Source: an uncultured Salinisphaerales bacterium (GTDB taxonomy: Bacteria > Pseudomonadota > Gammaproteobacteria > Nevskiales > CAZYIP01). From it: a stretch of DNA of 44,068 nucleotides. The position numbers and the translations under genes are program-made. The stretch lies in the NCBI GenBank assembly GCA_964646895.1, contig CAZYIP010000002.1, positions 17,157 to 61,224 of the forward strand, in the 5' to 3' direction. Below, piece after piece: positions 1 to 7,936 of the stretch (within the stretch, counting starts at the first letter, position 1; each line of letters starts with the position of its first letter). A model generated the notes under the pieces. The model was not told the DNA's origin and made no database searches. It saw only the letters and a program-made list of their open reading frames with translations.

Positions 1-1035
1 GCGTACCAGCCGTTCCTGCTCGATCAGGCCTGCGCGAGCGGCGCGGTGACGTGGATGCGCCTGGTGCCGCCGTTGCGTGCCGTCCAGGGCGACGGCGATG
101 CCGGTGTTACCAATCGGCGCGCGGTTGCGCCGGTGCGCGCGACGCCGATCGCGCTGCTGCCGCGGGCGCACCGCCACCATTGGCGTGCGCTGCAGCCCGT
201 GCCGGATGCCGGCGATGCGGCGCTGACGCCGCCGGCGCGGCGTGTGGTGCAGGCGCTGCAAGCCGGCGGTGCGTTGTTCTTCAGCGATCTCATCGAGGCA
301 TCCGGCCTGCTGAGGGCCCAGGTCGAGGAGGCACTGTCCGAGCTGAGCGCGTGGGGCCTGGTGACGTGCGATACCTTTGCCGGCTTGCGCGCGCTGGTGC
401 AACCGCGCAAGCGCCGGCGGCCGGCATTCGCACCGCGCGGCCGTCGCCGCCGGCCGATCGACGATGTGGACAGTGCCGGCCGCTGGGTCCTGACGCAGGG
501 CGCCACGGTGGGCGTGGACGATCGCGAGCGGTTGCCCGGTACGCAAACGCTGGAGCACGTCGCCGGGATCCTGCTGCTGCGCTATGGCGTGGTGTTTCGT
601 GATCTGCTGGAACGGGAAGCCGGCTTGCCGCCGTGGCGACGGCTTCTGTATGTGTACCGCCGCCTGGAGGCGCGCGGAGAGATTCGCGGTGGTCGCTTCG
701 TCGCCGGTTTCGGCGGTGAGCAGTTCGCGCTGCCGGACGCGGTAGGCGCCCTGCGTAACGCACGGCGGCAGGTGTCGTCCGGTGACGAACTGGTGTCGGT
801 CTCCGCCGCAGATCCGCTCAATCTCCTCGGTATCGTGACGCCCGGCGAGCGCCTGGCCGCGCTTCCCGGCAATCGGTTGCTGTACCGGGGCGGTGTGCCC
901 ATTGCCTGCCTGGCCGCCGGCGAGGTGCGCTTTCTGGAACCCGTCGCGGCGGACGAGCGCTGGATGTTGCGGCAGCACTTGCTGCGCCATCGGGAGAGCG
1001 GGACGGCGTTGCCGCGGGTCCGTTCTTTCGGTTGA
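1..1035 (+). CDS. lhr: Lhr-type large ATP-dependent helicase, C-terminal portion (5' end lies upstream of the window)
   Basis: Frame 1 is open from base 1 (AYQPFLLDQACASGAVTW...) through the listed M at 46 to TGA 1033-1035. From memory, the tail ...LLLRYGVVFRDLLEREAGLPPWRRLLYVYRRLEARGEIRGGRFVAGFGGEQFALPDAV... is the conserved C-terminal module of Lhr/COG1201 helicases. The helicase core is outside the window. Confidence 0.7.
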   Translation, partial: AYQPFLLDQACASGAVTWMRLVPPLRAVQGDGDAGVTNRRAVAPVRATPIALLPRAHRHHWRALQPVPDAGDAALTPPARRVVQALQAGGALFFSDLIEASGLLRAQVEEALSELSAWGLVTCDTFAGLRALVQPRKRRRPAFAPRGRRRRPIDDVDSAGRWVLTQGATVGVDDRERLPGTQTLEHVAGILLLRYGVVFRDLLEREAGLPPWRRLLYVYRRLEARGEIRGGRFVAGFGGEQFALPDAVGALRNARRQVSSGDELVSVSAADPLNLLGIVTPGERLAALPGNRLLYRGGVPIACLAAGEVRFLEPVAADERWMLRQHLLRHRESGTALPRVRSFG

Positions 1036-1185
1036 CCGGGCGGCTCGCCCGTCTTGCCCATGATCGCGCTACTATTGTGGGAGGCTCCCTGTTACTGCAT
1101 CAGGTTTCGGTGAGTTTCCGGCGCCACCGGGTAGCGCGGGCCGCGATCACAGAGCACACCCATTTCTCCTTTTCTGTTTCCGTTC

Positions 1186-1389
1186 ATGAAACGAGCAATT
1201 GTTGGATTTCATCGCGATGAGGATGGCCACTGGGTGGCCGAACTTGCGTGCGGACACAGCCAGCATGTTCGCCACCGGCCGCCGTGGATCAACCGCCCCT
1301 GGGTGGTGAGCGAGGCCGGCCGCCGCCGCTTCATCGGCCACGAACTGAACTGCAAGCATTGCGATGCGGGAGAGCCGACGGATCCTTGA
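1186..1389 (+). CDS. DUF3565 family small Cys/His-rich protein
   Basis: The 67-aa product MKRAIVGFHRDEDGHWVAELACGHSQHVRHRPPW...NCKHCD matches the DUF3565 signature as I recall it. Third codon positions are GC-rich like neighbouring genes. There is no clear SD. Confidence 0.7.
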   Translation: MKRAIVGFHRDEDGHWVAELACGHSQHVRHRPPWINRPWVVSEAGRRRFIGHELNCKHCDAGEPTDP

Positions 1390-1398
1390 GGAAAGACC

Positions 1399-1743
1399 AT
1401 GACAATACGAGTCAAGCGTATCTATGAGTCGCGTGCGCGCGACGACGGCACTCGCGTGCTGGTGGACCGGATATGGCCGCGCGGCATGTCGAAGGAGGCC
1501 GCCGCCGTGGACCACTGGGTGCGCGACGTGGCGCCTTCCACCGAACTGCGCAAGTGGTTCGGTCATGAACCCGACAAGTGGCCGGAATTCAAGCGGCGCT
1601 TCTTTGCGGAGCTGGATGCCGCGCCGGAGGCGGTCGCGCAACTGCGCGAGCTCGTTTCCGGGGGCGACGCCACCTTGCTGTTCGCCGCCAAAGAGGAACG
1701 CTACAACAACGCCGTGGCGCTGCAGGAATATCTGAGCCAGTAG
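1399..1743 (+). CDS. yeaO: DUF488 family protein (YeaO-like)
   Basis: The 114-aa product IRVKRIYE..DDGTRVLVDRIWPRGMSKE....W..DVAPSTELRKWFGH aligns along its length with E. coli YeaO. An SD-like GAGGAAAG sits just upstream of ATG 1399. The gene starts 9 nt after the DUF3565 stop. Confidence 0.8.
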   Translation: MTIRVKRIYESRARDDGTRVLVDRIWPRGMSKEAAAVDHWVRDVAPSTELRKWFGHEPDKWPEFKRRFFAELDAAPEAVAQLRELVSGGDATLLFAAKEERYNNAVALQEYLSQ

Positions 1744-1829
1744 AAAACGCAAGCGGTCGCGAGACTGCCGACTCTCCGTGGCACGGCTTCGCATGCGGCG
1801 TCAGCAGGCCCGAAGTGCGCAAACAGTGC

Positions 1830-1858
1830 TTGACATTCGTGCAGGTTAAGCTTAGTGT
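1830..1858 (+). promoter_or_regulatory. Putative sigma70 promoter of the pncB-nrtR operon
   Basis: TTGACA (1830-1835), a 17-nt spacer, then TAGTGT (1853-1858), about 33 nt upstream of the pncB ATG. The -10 hexamer lies inside the left arm of the palindrome listed next. Confidence 0.5.
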
Positions 1859-1875
1859 TTTTTGAACACTAAGCT
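1849..1875. promoter_or_regulatory. Predicted NrtR operator (perfect 11-bp inverted repeat)
   Basis: AGCTTAGTGTT (1849-1859), TTTTG, AACACTAAGCT (1865-1875). The arms are exact reverse complements. The central G1857-T1858 ... A1866-C1867 fits the GT-N7-AC core I recall for NrtR operators. The site is 16 nt upstream of pncB, whose operon encodes NrtR. Confidence 0.6.
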
Positions 1876-1890
1876 GCGGGCTTTTCGCCC

Positions 1891-3339
1891 ATGCCCTTGC
1901 TCGACCCTCTCTACGGCACCTCTCTTGCGCTGCTGACGGACCTCTATCAGCTCACCATGGCCTACGGTTATCAGGCCACGGCCGCGGGCGACAAGGAGGC
2001 GGTCTATCATCTGTTTTTTCGCCGCGCGCCTTTTGGCGGCAACGTTGCGGTCAGCGCCGGGCTGGAGCAGGTCATCGAATACCTGCAGCGCCTGCGCTAC
2101 ACCGACGACGATGTCGCATACCTGGCGACCGTACGCGGCAACGACGGGGAGCCGCTGTTCAGCCAGCGCTTTCTGGACTACCTCACCGCGTTCGAGTTCG
2201 CCTGCGACGTGGACGCCATCCCGGAGGGCACGGCCGTTTTCGCCAACGAGCCGCTGCTGCGTGTACGCGGGCCGATCATCCAGTGCCAGCTGCTCGAAAC
2301 GTCCCTGCTGAACCTGGTCAATTTTCAGACCCTGATCGCGACCAAGGCCGCGCGTGTACGCCATGCCGCCGGCGATGACACCATCATGGAATTCGGGCTG
2401 CGCCGGGCGCAGGGTATCGACGGCGGCGTGTGTGCCGCGCGGGCCGCCTACCTCGGCGGTGTCGATGCGACGTCCAACGTGCTGGCCGGCCGCCTGTTCG
2501 ACATTCCCGTCGCCGGCACCCATGCCCATAGCTGGGTGATGGCGTTCGACTCCGAAAGCGAGGCATTCGATACCTACGTGCGCGCCCAGCCCAACAACGC
2601 CATCCTCCTGGTCGATACCTACGATACGCTCGAAGGCGTGCGCAGGGCGATCGAGGCCGGACGCAAGCTGCACGCACTCGGGCACCGGATGGCGGGCATT
2701 CGCCTCGACTCCGGCGATGTGGCAAAGCTGGCGCGGCAGACACGCCGCATGCTGGACGAGGCGGGTTTTCAGGAGACGCGTATCGTTGCCAGCGGCGATC
2801 TGGATGAGCATCGTATCGCCGATTTCAAGAAGCGCGGGGTGCCGATCACGGTCTGGGGCGTGGGCACCAAGCTGGTGACCGGCGATGACGACTCCTCCCT
2901 CACCGGAGTCTACAAGCTTTCAGCGGTGCGCGATCCGGGCGAGCAATGGCAATACCGGGTCAAGCTGTCGGATTCGCCGGATAAAACCACCAATCCCGGC
3001 ATTCAGCAGGTGCGGCGCTATTCCCTGCGCGGCCGCTACGTGGCCGACGAGATCTTCGACGAAGGCTGTCTGGGTGCCGAACATCGGAGCTTTTTCCGGC
3101 AGGAGGATGCGGGCTCGCCGCGCAAACGGCCGGATGCCGACGTGCACGAGGATCTGCTGGTGCCGGTATTTCGTGGTGGACGGCTGGTTTACGAGCAGCC
3201 GGGACTGAAGGTGATCCGGGCACGGGCTCTGGTGCAGTACGCCGCCTTTGCCGAGCGTGGCGCGGCCGACTATCCGGTCGGCCTGGAGCAGCGGTTGCAG
3301 GAGTGCAAGGACACGCTGATCGCACGACTGCGCGGATGA
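1891..3339 (+). CDS. pncB: Nicotinate phosphoribosyltransferase
   Basis: 482 aa. The N-terminal LLTDLYQLTMAYGY and internal VAGTHAHSWVM are NAPRTase-family hallmarks. The stop TGA 3337-3339 abuts the nrtR ATG at 3340. Confidence 0.9.
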   Translation: MPLLDPLYGTSLALLTDLYQLTMAYGYQATAAGDKEAVYHLFFRRAPFGGNVAVSAGLEQVIEYLQRLRYTDDDVAYLATVRGNDGEPLFSQRFLDYLTAFEFACDVDAIPEGTAVFANEPLLRVRGPIIQCQLLETSLLNLVNFQTLIATKAARVRHAAGDDTIMEFGLRRAQGIDGGVCAARAAYLGGVDATSNVLAGRLFDIPVAGTHAHSWVMAFDSESEAFDTYVRAQPNNAILLVDTYDTLEGVRRAIEAGRKLHALGHRMAGIRLDSGDVAKLARQTRRMLDEAGFQETRIVASGDLDEHRIADFKKRGVPITVWGVGTKLVTGDDDSSLTGVYKLSAVRDPGEQWQYRVKLSDSPDKTTNPGIQQVRRYSLRGRYVADEIFDEGCLGAEHRSFFRQEDAGSPRKRPDADVHEDLLVPVFRGGRLVYEQPGLKVIRARALVQYAAFAERGAADYPVGLEQRLQECKDTLIARLRG

Positions 3340-4053
3340 ATGTCGACTCAGGATGCCAGGACCCACTGCTACGATCATGCGCGCCCCGCGCTGACCGCCG
3401 ACTGCGTCGTTTTCGGACTGGATCTGGCCGCGGCGCGGCTCAGGGTGCTGCTGATTCAGCGCGGCTCCGAGCCGTTTGCCGGTCGCTGGGCCATGCCCGG
3501 CGGCTTCGTCGACGAGGGCGAGTGCCCGCATCAGGCCGCGGTGCGCGAATTGCGGGAAGAAACCGGCCTGCACGATCTGTTTCTGGAGCAGTTGTACACT
3601 TTCGGCCGCCCCGATCGTGATCCCCGCGGCTGGGTGGTCAGCGTCGCCAGCTACGCGCTGGTGAGGCTGGACGAGCAGCAGCCGAAGGCCTCGTCCGACG
3701 CGGTGGCGGTGGACTGGTTCGACGCATACGAGCCGCCGCCGCTCGCCTTCGATCATGACGAGGTGCTGAGTGTCGCGCTCGAGCGCCTGCGGGGCAAGAT
3801 TCGCTACCAGCCCATCGGCTTCCGCCTGCTGCCGCCCCGGTTTACCCTGTCGCAGGCACAGCGCCTGTACGAAATCGTGCTGCAGCGCCCGCTGGACAAG
3901 CGCAACTTTCGCAAGAAACTCCTCGCCATGGGCATCCTGGAACCGCTGCGCGAGCACGAGCGCGCCGTACGCCACCGCGCGGCGCGCCTGTACCGCTTCG
4001 ATGAACAACGCTTCCAGGCGTTCAGCCGTCGCGGGTCGGTGTTTTCCCTGTAG
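3340..4053 (+). CDS. nrtR: Nudix-related transcriptional regulator NrtR (N-terminal Nudix domain plus C-terminal winged-helix domain)
   Basis: 237 aa. It has a complete Nudix box GGFVDEGECPHQAAVRELREETGL. This is followed by the C-terminal IRYQPIGFRLLPPRFTLSQAQRLYEIVLQRPLDKRNFRKKLL segment typical of NrtR DNA-binding domains. The gene is translationally abutted to pncB. Confidence 0.8.
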   Translation: MSTQDARTHCYDHARPALTADCVVFGLDLAAARLRVLLIQRGSEPFAGRWAMPGGFVDEGECPHQAAVRELREETGLHDLFLEQLYTFGRPDRDPRGWVVSVASYALVRLDEQQPKASSDAVAVDWFDAYEPPPLAFDHDEVLSVALERLRGKIRYQPIGFRLLPPRFTLSQAQRLYEIVLQRPLDKRNFRKKLLAMGILEPLREHERAVRHRAARLYRFDEQRFQAFSRRGSVFSL

Positions 4054-4068
4054 CGGCGCCGGCGCGCC

Positions 4069-4131
4069 TGTGGGAGCGACTTCAGGCGCGATTCGTGCGG
4101 GATATCCATCGCGGCTGCAGCCGCTCCCACA
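4069..4131. repeat. REP-like palindromic element, family A (GGGAGCGGC...GCCGCGAT type)
   Basis: Imperfect inverted repeat TGTGGGAGCGACTTCAGGCGCGAT (4069-4092) / ATCGCGGCTGCAGCCGCTCCCACA (4108-4131) with a 15-nt loop. Related units occur at 14935-14958, 15562-15580 and 41032-41102. Confidence 0.75.
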
Positions 4132-4209
4132 ATATTCTGCCATTGCTCCGAACAGGTGATTGCCGCCGTTGTCGGATTCTCAGTACAGTGTTCACGGGAG
4201 GCATGCACC

Positions 4210-6144
4210 ATGGCGATGAACGTCGCGCAAAAGCTGATCCGGTCTCACCTGCTGTCCGGAGAAATGACCCCCGGCGAGGAAATCGGGCTGAAGATCGACC
4301 AGACCCTGACCCAGGACGCCACCGGCACCATGGTCATGCTGGAACTGGAGGCCATGGGGCTGGACCGGGTCAAGACCGAATTGTCCGCTCAGTACGTGGA
4401 CCACAACATCGTCCAGGAGGACTTCAAGAACCCGGACGATCATCTGTTTCTGCAGAGCGCGTGCCAGCGCTTCGGCATCTGGTTCAGCCGTGCCGGCAAC
4501 GGCGTGAGCCATCCCACGCACCAGCAGCGTTTCGGCGTGCCGGGCAAGACCATGGTCGGCTCCGACAGCCATACGCCGGCAGCCGGCTCGATGGGCATGC
4601 TGGCAATCGGCGCCGGCGGCCTGGAGGTCGCCCTGGCCATGGCCGGCGAGCCGTTTCACACGAAGATGCCCGAGATCTGGGGCGTGAAGCTGGTCGGGGA
4701 ACTGCCGGACTGGGTGAGCGCCAAGGACGTCATCCTGGAGATGCTGCGCCGCCATGGCGTCAAGGGTGGCGTCGGCCGCATTGTCGAATATTACGGGCCC
4801 GGTCTCGACAACCTGTCGGCGATGGATCGGCATGTCATTGCCAACATGGGCGCGGAACTCGGTGCGACCACGACGGTATTTCCGTCGGATGACGAGGTGC
4901 GCCGTTTCATGCGTTCCGAAAAACGTGGCGATCAGTGGGTGGAATTGCTGGCGGACGAGGGTTGCGACTATGACGTGCACGAGACCATCAACCTCTCGGA
5001 ACTGGTGCCGCTGATCGCCAGGCCTTCCAGCCCGGGCAATGTGGTGCCGGTTTCCGAGATTGCCGGCGAGCCCCTGAGCCAGGCCTACGTCGGCTCGTCC
5101 GCCAACCCCGGGTACCGCGATTTCGCCATTGCCGCCGAGATGGTCAAGGGACGCGCGGTCAGTCCGCTGGTTTCGTTCGATGTCAGCCCCACGTCGCGCT
5201 CCATACTGCAGACTCTCACCCGCGACGGGCGCCTTTTCCATCTGCTCGATGCCGGTGCGCGGCTGCACCAGGCGGGCTGCAACGGCTGCATCGGCATGGG
5301 CCAGGCACCGGCGAGCGACAGCAACAGCCTGCGCACGGTGCCGCGCAATTTCCCGGCCCGCTCCGGGACCCGCGACGACCGGGTTTTCCTGTGCAGCCCC
5401 GAAACCGCGACTGCCTCCGCGCTGAAAGGGGTGATCACCGATCCCCGCAGTCTGGACATGGAGTATCCGCGGGTGCGCGACCCTGACGATCCGGTGATCA
5501 ATACCAGAAACCTCGCGGCGCCGCTGCCGCCGGAGGAAGCGCGCGGGATCGAATTGCGCAAGGGGCCCAACATCAAGTCGCTGCCGGAGTTCGAGCCGAT
5601 CGCCGACCAATTCAGCCTGCCGGTGCTGCTCAAGATGGGCGATAACATTTCCACCGACGAGATCATGCCGGCCGGTACGCGGGTGCTGCCGTTTCGCAGC
5701 AATATTCCGCGAATCTCCGAGTTCTGTTTCGACGTGGTCGATGACAGTTACCATGACCGCGCCGTCAGCGCCGGTCCCCACGCCGTGGTGGCGGGGGAAA
5801 ACTACGGCCAGGGTTCATCACGGGAGCATGCCGCACTGGCGCCGCGCTATGTCGGTCTGACGGTGGCGATCGCCAAGAACTTTGCCCGCATCCATTGGCA
5901 GAACCTGGTCAACTTTGGTGTGTTGCCGCTGACATTTGCAAATGTCGATGACTACGATGACCTGATGCAGGACGACGTGCTCGTGTTCGAGGGCGTCCGC
6001 CGGGCGGTCGAAAACGGCAATGCGCTGGAGGCCCGCATCGACGGGAAGGACAAGACGGTGAAGCTGGAGCACCAGCTTTCTTCGCGCCAGGTTGAGGTTC
6101 TTCTCGAGGGCGGCCTGATCAATTGGGTACGAGCGCGTCATTAG
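4210..6144 (+). CDS. Aconitate hydratase, short (~645 aa) monomeric form of the aconitase/IPM-isomerase superfamily
   Basis: Superfamily motifs are present: VGSDSHT, AGCNGCIGMG, RNFPARSG, and the swivel-domain GENYGQGSSREHAA. The start is chosen at ATG 4210, with GGGAGG at 4196-4201 eight nt upstream. The track start at 4156 adds 18 non-conserved residues. Confidence 0.85.
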   Translation: MAMNVAQKLIRSHLLSGEMTPGEEIGLKIDQTLTQDATGTMVMLELEAMGLDRVKTELSAQYVDHNIVQEDFKNPDDHLFLQSACQRFGIWFSRAGNGVSHPTHQQRFGVPGKTMVGSDSHTPAAGSMGMLAIGAGGLEVALAMAGEPFHTKMPEIWGVKLVGELPDWVSAKDVILEMLRRHGVKGGVGRIVEYYGPGLDNLSAMDRHVIANMGAELGATTTVFPSDDEVRRFMRSEKRGDQWVELLADEGCDYDVHETINLSELVPLIARPSSPGNVVPVSEIAGEPLSQAYVGSSANPGYRDFAIAAEMVKGRAVSPLVSFDVSPTSRSILQTLTRDGRLFHLLDAGARLHQAGCNGCIGMGQAPASDSNSLRTVPRNFPARSGTRDDRVFLCSPETATASALKGVITDPRSLDMEYPRVRDPDDPVINTRNLAAPLPPEEARGIELRKGPNIKSLPEFEPIADQFSLPVLLKMGDNISTDEIMPAGTRVLPFRSNIPRISEFCFDVVDDSYHDRAVSAGPHAVVAGENYGQGSSREHAALAPRYVGLTVAIAKNFARIHWQNLVNFGVLPLTFANVDDYDDLMQDDVLVFEGVRRAVENGNALEARIDGKDKTVKLEHQLSSRQVEVLLEGGLINWVRARH

Positions 6145-6154
6145 GCCTCTCGAC

Positions 6155-6178
6155 GCGCCCCGGCGTTGCCCGGGGCGC
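6155..6178 (+). terminator. GC-rich hairpin downstream of the aconitase gene
   Basis: GCGCCCCGG (6155-6163), loop CGTTGC, CCGGGGCGC (6170-6178). It starts 11 nt after the stop codon and has no U-tract. Confidence 0.4.
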
Positions 6179-6543
6179 AGCGATCGCGTAAAGTAGCGCC
6201 GCAACCCGAAAGGCTGATGGCTATTCTGGCGCAATCCGGCGTCGCCGTTCGCTCGTGCAGCGTAATCACACGGCGCCTTGTCTTGCACCAAAATGGCCAT
6301 CGACGCAGCGTCGTGTGAAACGTCAACAGGCCCCAGGAGTCTGCACCGTAGAAGCGAATGGAATGAGGCGTTCCCGGTTCGAGGTAGAATCCGTGGTCGT
6401 TTGAGAAGCATAGTGGCGTGGCGACTATGTAACGCAAAGGAGCGCGGATTCCCCCAATGGGGGGTGCTCCGCCGCCCGTCTGGTTTCCACGGCGCAGAGT
6501 CCCGGGTCGGGTTCGATCAGCCAGTGCAACGGAGGGACTGAAC

Positions 6544-7107
6544 ATGAGCGAACTCAGGATCTATCCCGAGGACGGAAGCGGATCGCCGCGGATTCTGAAC
6601 GACCCGGACGAGATCGCGCAGCGGCTCGATGCCATCGGTGTGCTGTTCGAACGCTGGGCTGTGCGGCATGAGCTGGATGGCGATGCCGGGCAGGACGAGA
6701 TCATCGAGGCCTATCGGCAGGACATCGACCGGCTGATGCAGCGTTATGGCTTCCGGTCGCTCGACGTCGTCAGTTTTTCGCCCGAGCATCCCAAAAAGGA
6801 TACGTTGCGGCGCAAATTCCTGCAGGAACATACCCACAGCGACTTCGAGATGCGCTTTTTCGTGGCCGGAGAGGCGCTGTTCTACCTGCGCAAGCACGAC
6901 CATGTCTATGGCCTGCTGTGCACTCGTGGCGACCTCATCAGCATTCCGACCGACATCACGCACTGGTTCGACATGGGCGAGCAGCCGCGCCTGACCGCGA
7001 TCCGCCTGTTCCGCGAAGACGGCGGCGGCGCGTCGCACTTCACCGGCGATCCGATCTCGGAGCGGTTCCCGAGCCTGGAGGAAACGGCTGGCGGGGGTGG
7101 CCTGTGA
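6544..7107 (+). CDS. mtnD: Acireductone dioxygenase (ARD, 1,2-dihydroxy-3-keto-5-methylthiopentene dioxygenase)
   Basis: 187 aa from ATG 6544, with GGAGGG at 6531-6536 upstream. The cupin/ARD motifs are FLQEHTHSDFEMRFFVAGEALFYL and GDLISIPTDITHWFDMG. The track start at 6457 adds a non-conserved extension. Confidence 0.85.
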   Translation: MSELRIYPEDGSGSPRILNDPDEIAQRLDAIGVLFERWAVRHELDGDAGQDEIIEAYRQDIDRLMQRYGFRSLDVVSFSPEHPKKDTLRRKFLQEHTHSDFEMRFFVAGEALFYLRKHDHVYGLLCTRGDLISIPTDITHWFDMGEQPRLTAIRLFREDGGGASHFTGDPISERFPSLEETAGGGGL

Positions 7108-7135
7108 GGCGGCCGCTCCCACCAGAGATAGGTGG

Positions 7136-7936
7136 TCAGCTGAAGTACTGGCGCCAGTTGTAGGCCGGATCGCCGATGACCAGAAAATCCGGGTTCAGCA
7201 GTGACTCCCGGGTGTTGTAGCGCAGCGGCTCGAATGCGGTGTTGGTGACCTGCCCGCCGGCCTGCTCCAGAACGCACTGACCGGCGGCGGTATCCCATTC
7301 CGATGTCGGCCCCAGCCGTGGATAGAAGTCGGCCTCGCCTTCCGCGATCAGACAGAACTTGAGAGAACTGCCGATGGTCATCGGCACGTAATTGCGCATC
7401 CGCGCCAGAAACTGCCGCTGCCGCTCGTTATGGTGGGAGCGGCTGACCAGAATGCGGCCCGGCCGCGCGTCCGGCATGCGCCGGCTGTGGATGCGCCGTG
7501 CCGGTGTTTCACCGACCTGCTTCCAGGCGCCTTCGCCGCACGCCGCGCTGTAGGTCAGATCCAGCGCCGGGGCATGCACGACCGACAGTACCGGCACGCC
7601 GGCTTCGATCAGGGCGATGTTGACGGTGAATTCACCATTGCGCTTGACGAATTCGCGCGTGCCGTCGAGGGGGTCGATCAGCCAGTAGCGCTGCCAGCGC
7701 CGACGTTCGGCGAAGGAGATTTCGACGCCTTCTTCCGACAGGCGCGGAATACTCTCGTCCAGGCGCGCCAGACCGGCCATGATGCAGCGGTTGGCCGCCA
7801 GGTCCGCCTCCGTCAGCGGGGAGTCGTCATCCTTGTGCTGCACCGCGAAGCCCTTGCGGTAGATGCGCATGATTTCGCGCCCCGCCGCCTTCGACAGGTC
7901 GATCAGTGGCTCGCGCCACCGCTCCAGCGCCGTCAT
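7136..7936 (-). CDS. cysQ: 3'(2'),5'-bisphosphate nucleotidase
   Basis: 266 aa from ATG 7936. The segment [27 protein letters not shown]...[32 protein letters not shown] aligns closely with E. coli CysQ. The ATG overlaps the rhlB stop (ATGA). Confidence 0.88.
   Translation of the reverse strand: MTALERWREPLIDLSKAAGREIMRIYRKGFAVQHKDDDSPLTEADLAANRCIMAGLARLDESIPRLSEEGVEISFAERRRWQRYWLIDPLDGTREFVKRNGEFTVNIALIEAGVPVLSVVHAPALDLTYSAACGEGAWKQVGETPARRIHSRRMPDARPGRILVSRSHHNERQRQFLARMRNYVPMTIGSSLKFCLIAEGEADFYPRLGPTSEWDTAAGQCVLEQAGGQVTNTAFEPLRYNTRESLLNPDFLVIGDPAYNWRQYFS

Noticed and set aside
6376-6382. GGTTCGA T-loop-like heptamer suggesting a tRNA or tmRNA fragment upstream of mtnD.
   Set aside because: The flanking bases cannot form a 5-bp T-stem (CCCGG is followed by TAGAA on the 3' side). 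No acceptor or anticodon arms could be built.
6531-6540. GGAGGGACTG, identical to part of the SAM-I (S-box) core, in front of a methionine-salvage gene.
   Set aside because: It is immediately followed by the mtnD ATG and lacks the remaining S-box elements (GCCC...GCAACC...AGATGAG). It is most simply the Shine-Dalgarno sequence.
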